Source: an uncultured Gammaproteobacteria bacterium | GTDB taxonomy: Bacteria > Patescibacteriota > Patescibacteriia > UBA11705 > DATKZF01 | Direction of reading: 5' to 3' | NCBI GenBank assembly: GCA_964411255.1 | Contig: CAYPKD010000003.1 | Location: 16,477-80,476 of the forward strand | DNA length: 64,000 nucleotides | In this document: positions 50,948 through 61,334 of the stretch, piece after piece | How positions within the stretch are numbered: the first letter of the stretch is position 1 | Layout: each line of letters starts with the position of its first letter | Translations under genes and position numbers: made by a program | Notes under the pieces: generated by a model | The model's input: only the letters and a program-made list of their open reading frames with translations | What the model was told of the DNA's origin: nothing | Database searches by the model: none

Positions 50948-52489
50948 ATGAGTTACAATGTAGCTATGAAGATGTCAGATTTTAAAATGTCACTTTTTTG
51001 GCAAGCTGTAATAATATTTTGCATCTCTTTTTTTATTTTCTCTTTAGCTCAATTCCCGCACACCTTTTTAGACCCAGATGCATTTTATCATGCAAAAATA
51101 TCTGAAAAAATAGCTCAGGACGGAATTATCCAAGACTTTCCCTGGATGCAGGTTTCAACCCTAAAAAACAATTATATTGACCACCATCTTGGATTTCACC
51201 TTTTGGTCGCTCCAATAACGAAATTTATTGACAAGGCTTTTGCTTTAAAGCTTGTTAATTTATTCATTAATTCAGCTTTTGTCACTTTATTTTATTTATT
51301 TTTAAAAAAGCAAAGAATTAAATATTCCCTTCTTTACATAATTTTAATATTTTTATCAACACCTCTTTTTGGTCGTTTAAGCTTAAATAAAGCTTCTGGC
51401 CTGTCATTAATCCTATTACTACTTTTTGTCTGGGCACTTTATAAAAAAAAGCCATGGCAACTTTTCATTATTAGCGCCTTATATCTGTATTGTTATGGCG
51501 GCTGGGCAATTATTTTTATATTTTTATTTGTTTACTGTTTAAGTAGATTATTTTTTGGAATAATTGAAAAAAGGCAGGCTAAAAAAATATTTAATAAAAA
51601 ATTCCTATACTTAATGCTGGCACCAATTGGCGGAATCATTGCTGCTTTAATTGTCAATCCATATTTTCCTAAAAATATATATTTTTACTGGCAGCAAATT
51701 GTACAAATCGGCCTGATAAATTATCAGGATAAAATTACTGTCGGCGCAGAATGGTACCCATATGACTTTTTCAATCTTATAATCTACCTATTTTTCCTTT
51801 GGGGTTTATTCATATTTTCATTAATGATTGTTGTTTATCAAAAAGCAAAACCCAATTGGAAACACTTTTTCTGGATTTTTTTAAGTTTAATCTTTTTTGT
51901 AGCAACCTTAAAGTCTGGCAGGTATATTGAATATTTTATTCCAATTTTCATCATTGCCATTGCATATTTATTAAATGAAAACAAGCCGCCAAAACCAATT
52001 GAAAAATTTCCCAAACAAATTTTAGCATATTTTATATTTGGCATAATATTTGCCACAGGCCTAGCCACCTATAATTTCGCCTCCACGGTGATATCATTTC
52101 AAAACGGTCATCAGCTGACTGAATTTAAGCAGGCCAGCCAATGGATTAAAGAATACACTGAACCTCATTCAATTATTTTCCACACTGACTGGGATGAATT
52201 TCCGCAGCTTTGGTATCATAATGACCAAAATTATTATCTTAACGGACTTGATCCGACATTTAGCTATACTTTTGATAACCAATTGCACCAAAAATGGGCA
52301 AAGATAATCATGGGCGAGGAAGCTGATAATTTATATAAAATTATAAAAAATGATTTTAGCTCTGATTATATTTTTGTAGAAAAAAAGAATCATGAAAAAT
52401 TTCTGCAAAATTTAGAAAACAACTTTTTAGCTGAAAAAAAGTATGAAGATGATGAAAGTACAATATTTTATTTAAAAGATTATGAATAA
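50948..52489 (+). CDS. Multi-TM GT-C-like protein
   Basis: DPDAFYH..DHHLGFH, NPYFP, GAEW, DWDEFP..GLDP; start uncertain. Confidence 0.7.
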   Translation: MSYNVAMKMSDFKMSLFWQAVIIFCISFFIFSLAQFPHTFLDPDAFYHAKISEKIAQDGIIQDFPWMQVSTLKNNYIDHHLGFHLLVAPITKFIDKAFALKLVNLFINSAFVTLFYLFLKKQRIKYSLLYIILIFLSTPLFGRLSLNKASGLSLILLLLFVWALYKKKPWQLFIISALYLYCYGGWAIIFIFLFVYCLSRLFFGIIEKRQAKKIFNKKFLYLMLAPIGGIIAALIVNPYFPKNIYFYWQQIVQIGLINYQDKITVGAEWYPYDFFNLIIYLFFLWGLFIFSLMIVVYQKAKPNWKHFFWIFLSLIFFVATLKSGRYIEYFIPIFIIAIAYLLNENKPPKPIEKFPKQILAYFIFGIIFATGLATYNFASTVISFQNGHQLTEFKQASQWIKEYTEPHSIIFHTDWDEFPQLWYHNDQNYYLNGLDPTFSYTFDNQLHQKWAKIIMGEEADNLYKIIKNDFSSDYIFVEKKNHEKFLQNLENNFLAEKKYEDDESTIFYLKDYE

Positions 52490-54101
52490 TTTTTCTGATT
52501 TAATAAAAAAAATCTCAAAAAAAGAATGGATTTTTATAATTTCTATTTCTTTTTTATTAACAATGGTTATTTCAATCCCTTTCTTTTACAGTTTGTCTCA
52601 AAATAATGAATTCTATACTTACAATGGCAAGCATTCTATCTCGCCGGCTGATATTTCGGTTTATTATTCATATATTAATCAGGTTAAAGATGGAAATATT
52701 TTTTTAATAAATCAATTTACTTCTGAAACTGATGATTTAAAAATTTTAAATGTTTTTTGGCTGGGAGCAGGTAATTTTGCAAAAGTATTTGATCTTTCTC
52801 CCTTGATGGCCTTTCATGTTTTAAAAATTATATTAATTCCAGTACTGATTATTGCCATATATTTATTTTTAAATCTATTTATAAAAAACCCAAAAGTAAA
52901 AATGGTCCTCATAGCCTTATTATCATTTTCATCTGGCCTTGGTATGTGGTTTTCAAATTTAAATGTTGAATTGAACTCATATCAAAAAGCACCAATTGAC
53001 CTATGGGTCTCTGAAAGCAACATTTTTACCTCACTTTACCACTCGCCTCACTTTTCTTTTTCCTGGATTTTAATAATTTTTACATTTATATTTTTTATAT
53101 TATCAATCAGGACGAAAAAAATTACATACAGTATAATTTCCGGAATTTTTGCTTTAATTTTATTTCAATATCATCCATATCATTTTATTACCATCTATTT
53201 TGTTACTTTAACCTATACAATTTATCACCTAGCCAGAAATAAAAATTTTAAAAACATAATTTCATTTTTAATTCTATTTTTTATTTCTTTACCTTCAATT
53301 GTCTATCATTTTTTTACATTAAAAGATCCGCTAATCTATGGCCGTTCCTTGCAAAACGTGACTTTAAGCCCTCCAATTATTTATGTTATATTAGGCTTTG
53401 GCATATTTTTGCCTTTGGCTACCTGGGGCATATACAAAATTTTCAAATTAAAAAAAGAAGATAAATACATTTTTTTAATTATTTGGCTTATCGGCAGCCT
53501 GTTTTTATCATATTTGCCAGAATTTCAATTTCAGCGCCGTTTGCTGCAGGGAATGCAACTACCAATGATTATTTTAGCTATTGTACCCTTTTGGTCTTTT
53601 ATAAAAAAATATCTTTACAAAACAAAAGACAGCTATCTTTCTGCCGTTATTTTTCTGCTTTCGCTTTTAATATTAATGCCAACAACTATTTATAATATAA
53701 GCCGTGATATCCATTTGTCTACAATCCATAATCCATATTTTTATATTGAAAAACCACAGCAGCAAATAATAAATTTTCTTCAGGATAAAACTAATTATCA
53801 AACAGTTGTTTTATCTGATGATACTTTTTTAATGAATTTACTGCCTGCCAACATTAAAACAAAAGTCTTTTTAGGCCATGGCCATGAAACAATTGATTTT
53901 GAAAATAAACAAATTTTATTATTACAATTTCTCAATCAAAAATTATCAGAACAAGAAGCTAAAAACTTTTTAAAAAAACACAATATTTCTTATGTTATAT
54001 CGAGGTATGATTTAAAAAATAATTTCTTTTCTTTGATAAAAACTATTGGCGATTATAAGATATATATCACTCGGGGAATCACAGATTCCCCTCGGCCTTA
54101 A
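52482..54101 (+). CDS. Multi-TM GT-C-like protein
   Basis: D..VYYSYINQ, PHF, HPY, FLGHGHET; many TM segments. Confidence 0.68.
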   Translation: MNNFSDLIKKISKKEWIFIISISFLLTMVISIPFFYSLSQNNEFYTYNGKHSISPADISVYYSYINQVKDGNIFLINQFTSETDDLKILNVFWLGAGNFAKVFDLSPLMAFHVLKIILIPVLIIAIYLFLNLFIKNPKVKMVLIALLSFSSGLGMWFSNLNVELNSYQKAPIDLWVSESNIFTSLYHSPHFSFSWILIIFTFIFFILSIRTKKITYSIISGIFALILFQYHPYHFITIYFVTLTYTIYHLARNKNFKNIISFLILFFISLPSIVYHFFTLKDPLIYGRSLQNVTLSPPIIYVILGFGIFLPLATWGIYKIFKLKKEDKYIFLIIWLIGSLFLSYLPEFQFQRRLLQGMQLPMIILAIVPFWSFIKKYLYKTKDSYLSAVIFLLSLLILMPTTIYNISRDIHLSTIHNPYFYIEKPQQQIINFLQDKTNYQTVVLSDDTFLMNLLPANIKTKVFLGHGHETIDFENKQILLLQFLNQKLSEQEAKNFLKKHNISYVISRYDLKNNFFSLIKTIGDYKIYITRGITDSPRP

Positions 54102-54146
54102 TTTTTTTCGCACTCAATCGCCGAGGGGAAACTAAGTTTCCCCGAC
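54071..54146. repeat. Inverted pair of short GC-rich hairpins between convergent genes
   Basis: CGGGGAATCACAGATTCCCCTCGGC ... GCCGAGGGGAAACTAAGTTTCCCCG. Confidence 0.65.
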
Positions 54147-54167
54147 CGAATATCCCAACCGGATGAT

Positions 54168-55898
54168 TTAATTAACAATAAAAATTTCTTTACCAATCCC
54201 TTCAACTTTTATAATATCATTAAATGCAACCCCCAAATGATTTGAATTTAGAAAGCCTCTAACTTTCGCCTCATTTAAACTGATTTTATCAAAATCTTCA
54301 ACTGCCACATTTATTATTTCAAAAAAGGGCTTTACATACTGCTCTTTTATTATTTCATCATTTTTGTAATATTTAATTAAATATACCTTATCCTGCCAGT
54401 CAGTAAAATATTGATTTAAATGTAGTTTTTTATAATTTTTATTTTCTGGATTAAATGCTATTTCAAAAGGCTCTTTGCCAAACAAAATATAATTCCCCCA
54501 ATTTTCAACTAATCGCAAATTATTTTCCCTGATCACTTTTCGAATGTTATCTGTGCCTGATAAATAATTTGTTTTATAAAACAACCTTTGATCTTTTTGT
54601 AATTCATAGGTCAAAAATTCATCCAAATCAATTAAAATATAATCAACCGCTCCAACTTCATATTTTTGATCTAAAAATTGTTTATGGCCCCAAAAAGTCC
54701 AGCCCAAAGAATAAACTTCTGATTTTTTAACTAACTTTAAAAAAAGGCTGGCTGGACTGATGACTTTTGATCCAGATTCAATTCTTTCAACAAAATAATC
54801 CTGCAAATTTTTATTTTCATTCTTATAATCAGAAATTCTCCATGGACCAAAAAATACATTTAAATATAGCATTGCCAAAATTAATAATACTGGTGCTAAT
54901 TTTCTGTAAATTTCAAAAGGAACTTTCTTAAACTTTTTATTATTCCAATCATGTAATATAAAAATAGTGGCTAAGTACATTGGAATCATAAGCAATACAC
55001 CATAGTGAAAGCCTGCTATGGGCTGACCATAAGCAGCAGCAACCATTAAATAATAAATTAATCCAATTAACAAATATCTGGCTTTAAAAAGTGGTAAAAA
55101 TATAAAAGGTATAAATATTTGTAATATTAATTCAAGCTGGCCCAAGCTGAACCAGTGCTTGAAAGCTAATTTCCAATCTGAAATCCAACTAAAATATATT
55201 AAAAATTTATTAGAATCCTGATTAAAATATTTTATAATTATCCAAGATCCTGCAAACCAAACAATACTAATTAATAAAACAAATAAAATTTTTGAATTTT
55301 TTATTGCTTTTTTAAAAGTCTGATCCTTTGTTTTTTCAAAAAGCATAAAAGCAGCAAAACCTAACATAAACAAACTCATATCTTCTCGAATAAAAAAACA
55401 TAAAAACAAAAAAACATAAAAACCTGACCATTTTTCTTTTTTATAAAAATAAAACATCCAAAACACAAAGAAAAAACTAAATGACAACCAGTGAAATTCA
55501 AATAAGTTTATACTAATAATAAAAGGATTAAAAAGATATATAGCAATTATTAAAAAACTTTTCCATTTAGATAAATATCTTTTTGCTATCAAATAAAGCG
55601 GCCAGGCTGCCAGGGCAATAAATAAAGTTTGGATAAAAAGCAATAAAAGAGGGCTTTGCCAGATGTAAAAAATAGGCAAGAAAATAAAAAACATCAGACT
55701 AAAATGGTCTGCCCAGTACATATTTCCCTGGATCGGCACCGTTAGTAATTCGCCCTGAGTCAGACTGTCAAAAGCCTGATAAAATATTGCTAAATCAGTT
55801 AAATTATAAAAATTGTTTGTATATTTAAAAATACAAATACCAAATACTATTGCTACATAAAGCACGATCATACCTATTAATATTAACTTTTGTTTCAT
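54168..55898 (-). CDS. DUF2079-like membrane protein (GT-C-like)
   Basis: DLAIFYQ, ADHFS, LLFIQTL, FEFH, REDM motifs. Confidence 0.78.
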   Translation of the reverse strand: MKQKLILIGMIVLYVAIVFGICIFKYTNNFYNLTDLAIFYQAFDSLTQGELLTVPIQGNMYWADHFSLMFFIFLPIFYIWQSPLLLLFIQTLFIALAAWPLYLIAKRYLSKWKSFLIIAIYLFNPFIISINLFEFHWLSFSFFFVFWMFYFYKKEKWSGFYVFLFLCFFIREDMSLFMLGFAAFMLFEKTKDQTFKKAIKNSKILFVLLISIVWFAGSWIIIKYFNQDSNKFLIYFSWISDWKLAFKHWFSLGQLELILQIFIPFIFLPLFKARYLLIGLIYYLMVAAAYGQPIAGFHYGVLLMIPMYLATIFILHDWNNKKFKKVPFEIYRKLAPVLLILAMLYLNVFFGPWRISDYKNENKNLQDYFVERIESGSKVISPASLFLKLVKKSEVYSLGWTFWGHKQFLDQKYEVGAVDYILIDLDEFLTYELQKDQRLFYKTNYLSGTDNIRKVIRENNLRLVENWGNYILFGKEPFEIAFNPENKNYKKLHLNQYFTDWQDKVYLIKYYKNDEIIKEQYVKPFFEIINVAVEDFDKISLNEAKVRGFLNSNHLGVAFNDIIKVEGIGKEIFIVN

Positions 55899-55906
55899 AT
55901 TTTATC

Positions 55907-56082
55907 TACAAGATTACAAGATAACATACGAGATATACAAGATACAAGATGCAAAATATAAATATTGCTAATCTTGTATATCTTGCCAGCCCCGAGCGAC
56001 CTTTCCTGAGCTTGCCTGCCTCGAGCGAAGTCGAGAGGTAATCTGTACTATCTTGTATAATAAATCTCGTACATCTCGTAAT
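55907..56082. repeat. Degenerate 7-nt tandem repeats in inverted arrangement with nested REP-like remnants
   Basis: TAC(A/G)AGA units on the left, (A)TCT(T/C)GTA units on the right, CCTGAGCTTGCC / CTCGAGCGAAGTCGAGAG in between. Confidence 0.6.
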
Positions 56083-56151
56083 GTGAGTTTACCAAAACTT
56101 TTCCCAAAACAAAAATGCAAGCTTTATGCTTGCATCTTTGTTTAAAAAATG

Positions 56152-56544
56152 TTATCCAGTAATAATTTCTGTAGTTAACTTATCTACCACATAACTGGCA
56201 ATGGCATAAGACAGCAATATAATTACAAGCCCTATAATTCCATTAATAATCCAGCTTTTTGCCTTATCAACTTTTTCTTCACTACCGCCAGCTGTCATCC
56301 ATAAAAATCCTCCATATAAAACCACGATCAACAATATTATTCCTAAAAACGCAAGCACCACCTTAATAATTCTTCCGATAACAGTAGGTAAATCTGTATC
56401 CTGTTCTGAAGCTCCAAATCCAGCGCCGACATTTGCCAATTCACCGCCAAGGTCAGGTGTTCCTGCTAGAGCTGGCATGGCAAATCCAAGAGCAATAGCA
56501 AAAACCAAAATGGCAGGCACAAATCTTTTTAAATTTTTTCGCAT
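56152..56544 (-). CDS. CPR-type pilin-like protein (TrbC/VirB2-like)
   Basis: Signal peptide, two TM helices, YGGFLWMTAGGSEEKVDKAK motif. Confidence 0.85.
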   Translation of the reverse strand: MRKNLKRFVPAILVFAIALGFAMPALAGTPDLGGELANVGAGFGASEQDTDLPTVIGRIIKVVLAFLGIILLIVVLYGGFLWMTAGGSEEKVDKAKSWIINGIIGLVIILLSYAIASYVVDKLTTEIITG

Positions 56545-56572
56545 AATTTTTTTAACTTTAATTATTTTTATA

Positions 56573-56983
56573 TTAAATTATTTTTTCAATTTGAGTCGGG
56601 ACTAATCCGGTAGTTCCCGTAACGCTTGATTGTATTCTTCTAATAATATAGCTGGTTGCTGCATATGCCGTTAATATTATAGCAATACCGATCAGTGCAT
56701 TTATAATCATGTCTTTAGCTTTCTTAACTTGATTTTCATCACCGCCAGCTGTCATCCACTGAAAACCCGCATACATTAAAATGATTAAAAGAATAATTCC
56801 TAAAACACCATAAAAAACATATAAAATATTACCTATAATTTCTGATGGCTCTTTATCAACTTTTAATCCAGCTTTTCCTGCAGTAGTCTCCAATCCGGTC
56901 GGGATAGCATCCGCTGTATTTGGCATAAAACCAAACACGAAAGCAAACAGGATTAAAGATATTAAAAATGTTTTTTTTATCAT
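56573..56983 (-). CDS. CPR-type pilin-like protein (TrbC/VirB2-like)
   Basis: YAGFQWMTAGGDENQVKKAK motif. Confidence 0.85.
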   Translation of the reverse strand: MIKKTFLISLILFAFVFGFMPNTADAIPTGLETTAGKAGLKVDKEPSEIIGNILYVFYGVLGIILLIILMYAGFQWMTAGGDENQVKKAKDMIINALIGIAIILTAYAATSYIIRRIQSSVTGTTGLVPTQIEKII

Positions 56984-57336
56984 AATGAATTAAGGATATA
57001 AACATCTAAAGCATCATAAACATATTTTAGGATTGCGTATGAAGCTAAAATAACAATCAATCCAATAATTGAATTTACAATGTAGCCTTTTGCCTTTTTC
57101 ATATTATCTTCACTGCCGCCAGCTGTCATCCAGAGAATTCCACCATATATCAGCATTATTAGAAGAATAACGCCGACAAAACCCAATAAATAATTTAAGA
57201 TGTTTCCTATAATCTGTGGCAAGCTTGCCTGAGTACTCAGACTGGCAGTCTTGGCAGAATTTTTTAATCCTCCCTCAACCAAACCCTCAGCTGCATTCGC
57301 TGTATTTATAAACAGTTCTTGTAAATATTGTCTCAT
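56980..57336 (-). CDS. CPR-type pilin-like protein (TrbC/VirB2-like)
   Basis: YGGILWMTAGGSEDNMKKAK motif; likely ATG at 57336. Confidence 0.85.
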   Translation of the reverse strand: MRQYLQELFINTANAAEGLVEGGLKNSAKTASLSTQASLPQIIGNILNYLLGFVGVILLIMLIYGGILWMTAGGSEDNMKKAKGYIVNSIIGLIVILASYAILKYVYDALDVYILNSL

Positions 57337-57444
57337 AAATTTTTGTAGATGGCAATTTCCTTTGCGGTAATAACGAAACAATATTTCGCTATTACCGCAG
57401 AAGGGGCAGAGATCCCCAGCTGGGCATGACCTCTGCCCAATTGT

Positions 57445-57831
57445 TTATTCACCTGCAGGAGTAGAAATCGTTGCTTCCATTAACGAACTGATAACAAAAG
57501 TGGTAATGGCATAGGCTGCCAAAATAATGGCCAATCCAATGATCCCAGATATAAGCCACTTTTTAGCTTCGCCTACCTTTTCTTCACTACCACCAGCTGT
57601 CATCCATTTAAATCCACCGATTAAAATGATAACAATGGCAACCACGCCCAAGAACCCAAGTACAGTCTTGATAATTGAACCAACCACTGCTCGAAGATCT
57701 CTGGTACTGTAGCCAACTTCATTTTGCAAAGGATCTAATCCAACATCAATTTGTGCTAAGATTGGCAACGCAACTAAAAAAGCTACTAAAACTAACATTA
57801 CCACAGATGAAACTTTTTGAATTTTGTTCAT
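57445..57831 (-). CDS. CPR-type pilin-like protein (TrbC/VirB2-like)
   Basis: GGFKWMTAGGSEEKVGEAK motif. Confidence 0.85.
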   Translation of the reverse strand: MNKIQKVSSVVMLVLVAFLVALPILAQIDVGLDPLQNEVGYSTRDLRAVVGSIIKTVLGFLGVVAIVIILIGGFKWMTAGGSEEKVGEAKKWLISGIIGLAIILAAYAITTFVISSLMEATISTPAGE

Positions 57832-57881
57832 ATTTTTTTATTTTAAATAAAAAGTCGACCTTTTATTTTTATTAATTAAAC

Positions 57882-59537
57882 TTATTGATATTTTGTACTA
57901 CAATCTGCTCGGCAGGATCTTTCCTCCAGCTTAAGGCCTTCTAGGCACTTATCATATGCATTTACTGGCGCGCCTGGTTCTTTTGCTTCCAAAACACAGT
58001 CTGCCTCTCCTAATGCGGTTCTTTCTTTACAGTCTTCTACACACTGATCAACTTGCGCTGCCTGCTCTTCTGAAGTACCGCCTTTAAAAGTTAATGCTGT
58101 GATAACACTTGAAACCAATACATAACTGGAAAAAATTACAACCAGTCCCAGAATAGACCAAACCAGAGTACCCTGGGCTTTTTTTACTTTATCTGGATTG
58201 CCGCCTGAAGTCATCCACATCACTCCGCCATAAATAAAAATAACTAAAGCCAAAGAGCCAATAATACCTAAAAATACTTTTAGAGCCTGGCCTATTAAAC
58301 TCGGCACATCACCTTTTACCATTTCTCCTTTAATCGGACTTTTCCCTAAAAAGCTATCAATGGCGGCTAAAGCATCCCCAATTCCCAATGCAGCTCCTGC
58401 TGGAGCGCATTGTGCATTACAAGCAGCTTTATCTGGTACCTGAGCACATTTTTTATATTCAGAGCCTTCTTTTTCACAGCAACAGCCTTTACCCTTTGCT
58501 GTGCCTTCAATTCCTGATGTTTTACAGACTGCTTCACATGCGCTACCAGCCGCTGCCGGGCAGTCACAAAAAGTTCCATAATCTTTTGCTGTTACGCCCC
58601 CACCGCCGCCTGGAGTTGTTGGTGCTTCCTCCTCTTCTTCACCGTCTTCAAGCGTACTTGTTAAAACACATTCACCACCAGCTAACCAAGTATAATCATC
58701 TCCCAATACATCACACTCTGATTGAGTAAAACAACCGTCTAACTGGCCTGGCAAACAGGCTATTGTTCCTTTGGTTGGATCCATGATCCAATCATTTTCA
58801 AAAGACGGATCATATTTATCTTCAATCACCTGAGAACTGGTACCAACCGGATCATCTACAAAGTCTGCTCGAGTCGGTGGCGGCCAATTATTATCACAAT
58901 GTAGAACATAATAATCATATATTGGATTACATTCAGCAAACAGCTCAGGATCGCTTGAGGAACAATACAATGCAATTGTTTGCAACACACTGGCGCAGTC
59001 ACCAACTGTAGCTCCACCTGGCGGTGGCGGAGATGGTATTCCTCCCCCATCACCATCATCCCCTCCATCGTCTGGTGGAGGACAAGCCGCGGCTTGACAC
59101 TGATTGTTACACCAATTTCCATTGGCTCCAGTGCAAGCTGATTCAGTTGTACATAAATTTAAATGAGCTGAATCACATTGGGGAGTTGTTCCAACAGCGC
59201 TTGGCGGTGAGGTTGACGGATCAATTTCATCATTTTGTAAATTTTTATAATAATTGGACTCAACATTTAATAAATTATTATATGCAGTTAAATCTGTTGT
59301 GCCAAGATTGGCCAGAACACTCCATTCTATAACGTCAATAAAATTATTATTGCAAAAATTTACATATGAATCATACGCAGAGCTACAATTTTGAGGTGGT
59401 GGTACTTTACAAGTTTGCCGAAGATTCTCAACACTACTTTCACATTGAGCACCAGTCATAGCTGAAACGATCTGAGGCAAAGAAAATAAAAGAGCAAATG
59501 CTGCGAAAACAAAAATTATTTTATAAAAATTTTTCAT
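57882..59537 (-). CDS. Large Cys-rich protein with C-terminal pilin-like domain
   Basis: Signal peptide, many Cys-rich segments with Pro/Gly linkers, YGGVMWMTSGGNPDKVKKAQ motif. Confidence 0.82.
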   Translation of the reverse strand: MKNFYKIIFVFAAFALLFSLPQIVSAMTGAQCESSVENLRQTCKVPPPQNCSSAYDSYVNFCNNNFIDVIEWSVLANLGTTDLTAYNNLLNVESNYYKNLQNDEIDPSTSPPSAVGTTPQCDSAHLNLCTTESACTGANGNWCNNQCQAAACPPPDDGGDDGDGGGIPSPPPPGGATVGDCASVLQTIALYCSSSDPELFAECNPIYDYYVLHCDNNWPPPTRADFVDDPVGTSSQVIEDKYDPSFENDWIMDPTKGTIACLPGQLDGCFTQSECDVLGDDYTWLAGGECVLTSTLEDGEEEEEAPTTPGGGGGVTAKDYGTFCDCPAAAGSACEAVCKTSGIEGTAKGKGCCCEKEGSEYKKCAQVPDKAACNAQCAPAGAALGIGDALAAIDSFLGKSPIKGEMVKGDVPSLIGQALKVFLGIIGSLALVIFIYGGVMWMTSGGNPDKVKKAQGTLVWSILGLVVIFSSYVLVSSVITALTFKGGTSEEQAAQVDQCVEDCKERTALGEADCVLEAKEPGAPVNAYDKCLEGLKLEERSCRADCSTKYQ

Positions 59538-59539
59538 AA

Positions 59540-59884
59540 TTATCCTTGAAGAGCGCTTAATATAAATTTAATTAAAACTCCTGCACCTAAAATTAAAACC
59601 AATCCAATTATTGAACTGGTTAAAATTTTCGTTGCCCTTGACACCCGCTCAGGATTACCAGCTGAAAAAATATATAAAAACCCTCCGATTACAAACATTA
59701 ACAATGCAATTGATCCGCTTATGCCTAAAATTATGCCAGCCACATTTGCAGCTAAATTTTCTATTGAATTCAAATTACAGCCAGAAGCGTCATTTAAGCA
59801 TTCATTCGGAACCAAAGAAGGCAGACCTGCATAGACTGGCATAGCAATAAGGAATAAAATAATGATTAAAATAAACTTTTTCAT
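59540..59884 (-). CDS. CPR-type pilin-like protein (TrbC/VirB2-like)
   Basis: GGFLYIFSAGNPERVSRA motif, Cys pair. Confidence 0.82.
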   Translation of the reverse strand: MKKFILIIILFLIAMPVYAGLPSLVPNECLNDASGCNLNSIENLAANVAGIILGISGSIALLMFVIGGFLYIFSAGNPERVSRATKILTSSIIGLVLILGAGVLIKFILSALQG

Positions 59885-59950
59885 AAATCTAATTGTTAGA
59901 GGCTATATCGATATCAAGACATTAAACATTAAAAATTAGAAAGTCTTTGA

Positions 59951-61333
59951 CTATCTCCACGTCTGATTCACCCGACTGGCAGCCAGATCCATTGAGTTTG
60001 ACAAGCTTTCTCCTCCTAATATATCATTAATCATATCTTTAAAAACTTCTTCTGCTGCGTTTGCGTCTTTACCCCAGTACCAGCTCTTGGCAGTTAAAAT
60101 TTGATCAGCAAATACATCCAGATCTGGGTCATTTAACTGAGAGTTGATTAATGAACGTAGAGCTGTCGGCCTGTTAGCGCGATTAACATATTTTTCAGCT
60201 TCTTCTTGAGAAGTAATAAACTGAACAAAATTCCAGGAATGATTTATGCTCTTTGTTTTTTTAGAAACTGTTTCCACCCAATAATTTGCATAATTAAGTC
60301 TGTTATTTTCATAAACTTGCGGCACCTGAGAAATTTCAAAATTCAATTTTGGCGCTCTGGATTCTATCACTGGGATATGATATGAATAGCCAAAGAAAAA
60401 AGCAGATTGTCCGGCAATGAATGCATCTAAGGAATTTGGCAGGTCATTGTTCCAGGAATAAACTCCACTGTCAATCTGGGCAAAACTGGTATAAAACTTT
60501 AAGGCCTCTCTTCCCGGAGGTGAGGGAAGGCTTACTCCCGGAGGCATTTCTTGAAAAGTTGGGCCGCCTGTTTTAGTGGCCATTATGGTGCCGTTCTGCA
60601 TCATTAAAAGCGACAAAATATCAAAATGCCGAGTTACATTATCTGCTGTGCCCAAAGCTGCTCCAGATACTAAAATATTTCCTTCTGAATCTTTTTGGGT
60701 CAAAGATTGGACTTGCCCTATAAAATCTTCCCAATTTCTAGGAGGCTGCGGGATATTAGCATTATTTAATAAATCTCGATTATAAAATAAAACTAAAGTA
60801 TCCAAGCTTAAAGGCAGACCGTAAATCTTGTTTGTCGGCATTTCTGCTTCTGTATCTACCCAAACAACATCTTCTCCTACCACTTCTGGAAAAATGGAAT
60901 TAATATCTTTTATCGCCAAAGACGGCTTTACCTCAGTGATTACTCTTTCCTGTTTTCTAAGGTCACCCTCAATAATTTTTCTAGCCACCCGCACCTGGCT
61001 TGGCAAAGGAGTTGTCTTTGTGCGATATTCATTTATCCAGGTATTATGAACTGAAAAAATATCCGGCCCGCGGTCCTCGGCAAAAGCTTCAAGCAGCTCT
61101 CTCTCATACTCTTCATATCGAAACTGTCTGTAATTAATAGTAACGTATGGATAAATTTTTCTATAATCACTAATCAAAACCGCGACATCGCCCGAATCAT
61201 TCCACACTCCCCAATAATCTAAAACCACCGGATTGAGTGATGCTTGCTCACCATTGCCACCGCAAGTGACACCAGTAGTTAATAAAAATGCAAATATCAA
61301 TATTACAGAAAATGTTTTTATAATTTTATTCAT
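59951..61333 (-). CDS. Extracellular solute-binding protein (family 1-like)
   Basis: GPDIF, YGLPLSLDTLVLFYNRDLL, PPRNWEDF. Confidence 0.88.
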   Translation of the reverse strand: MNKIIKTFSVILIFAFLLTTGVTCGGNGEQASLNPVVLDYWGVWNDSGDVAVLISDYRKIYPYVTINYRQFRYEEYERELLEAFAEDRGPDIFSVHNTWINEYRTKTTPLPSQVRVARKIIEGDLRKQERVITEVKPSLAIKDINSIFPEVVGEDVVWVDTEAEMPTNKIYGLPLSLDTLVLFYNRDLLNNANIPQPPRNWEDFIGQVQSLTQKDSEGNILVSGAALGTADNVTRHFDILSLLMMQNGTIMATKTGGPTFQEMPPGVSLPSPPGREALKFYTSFAQIDSGVYSWNNDLPNSLDAFIAGQSAFFFGYSYHIPVIESRAPKLNFEISQVPQVYENNRLNYANYWVETVSKKTKSINHSWNFVQFITSQEEAEKYVNRANRPTALRSLINSQLNDPDLDVFADQILTAKSWYWGKDANAAEEVFKDMINDILGGESLSNSMDLAASRVNQTWR

Positions 61334-61334
61334 A

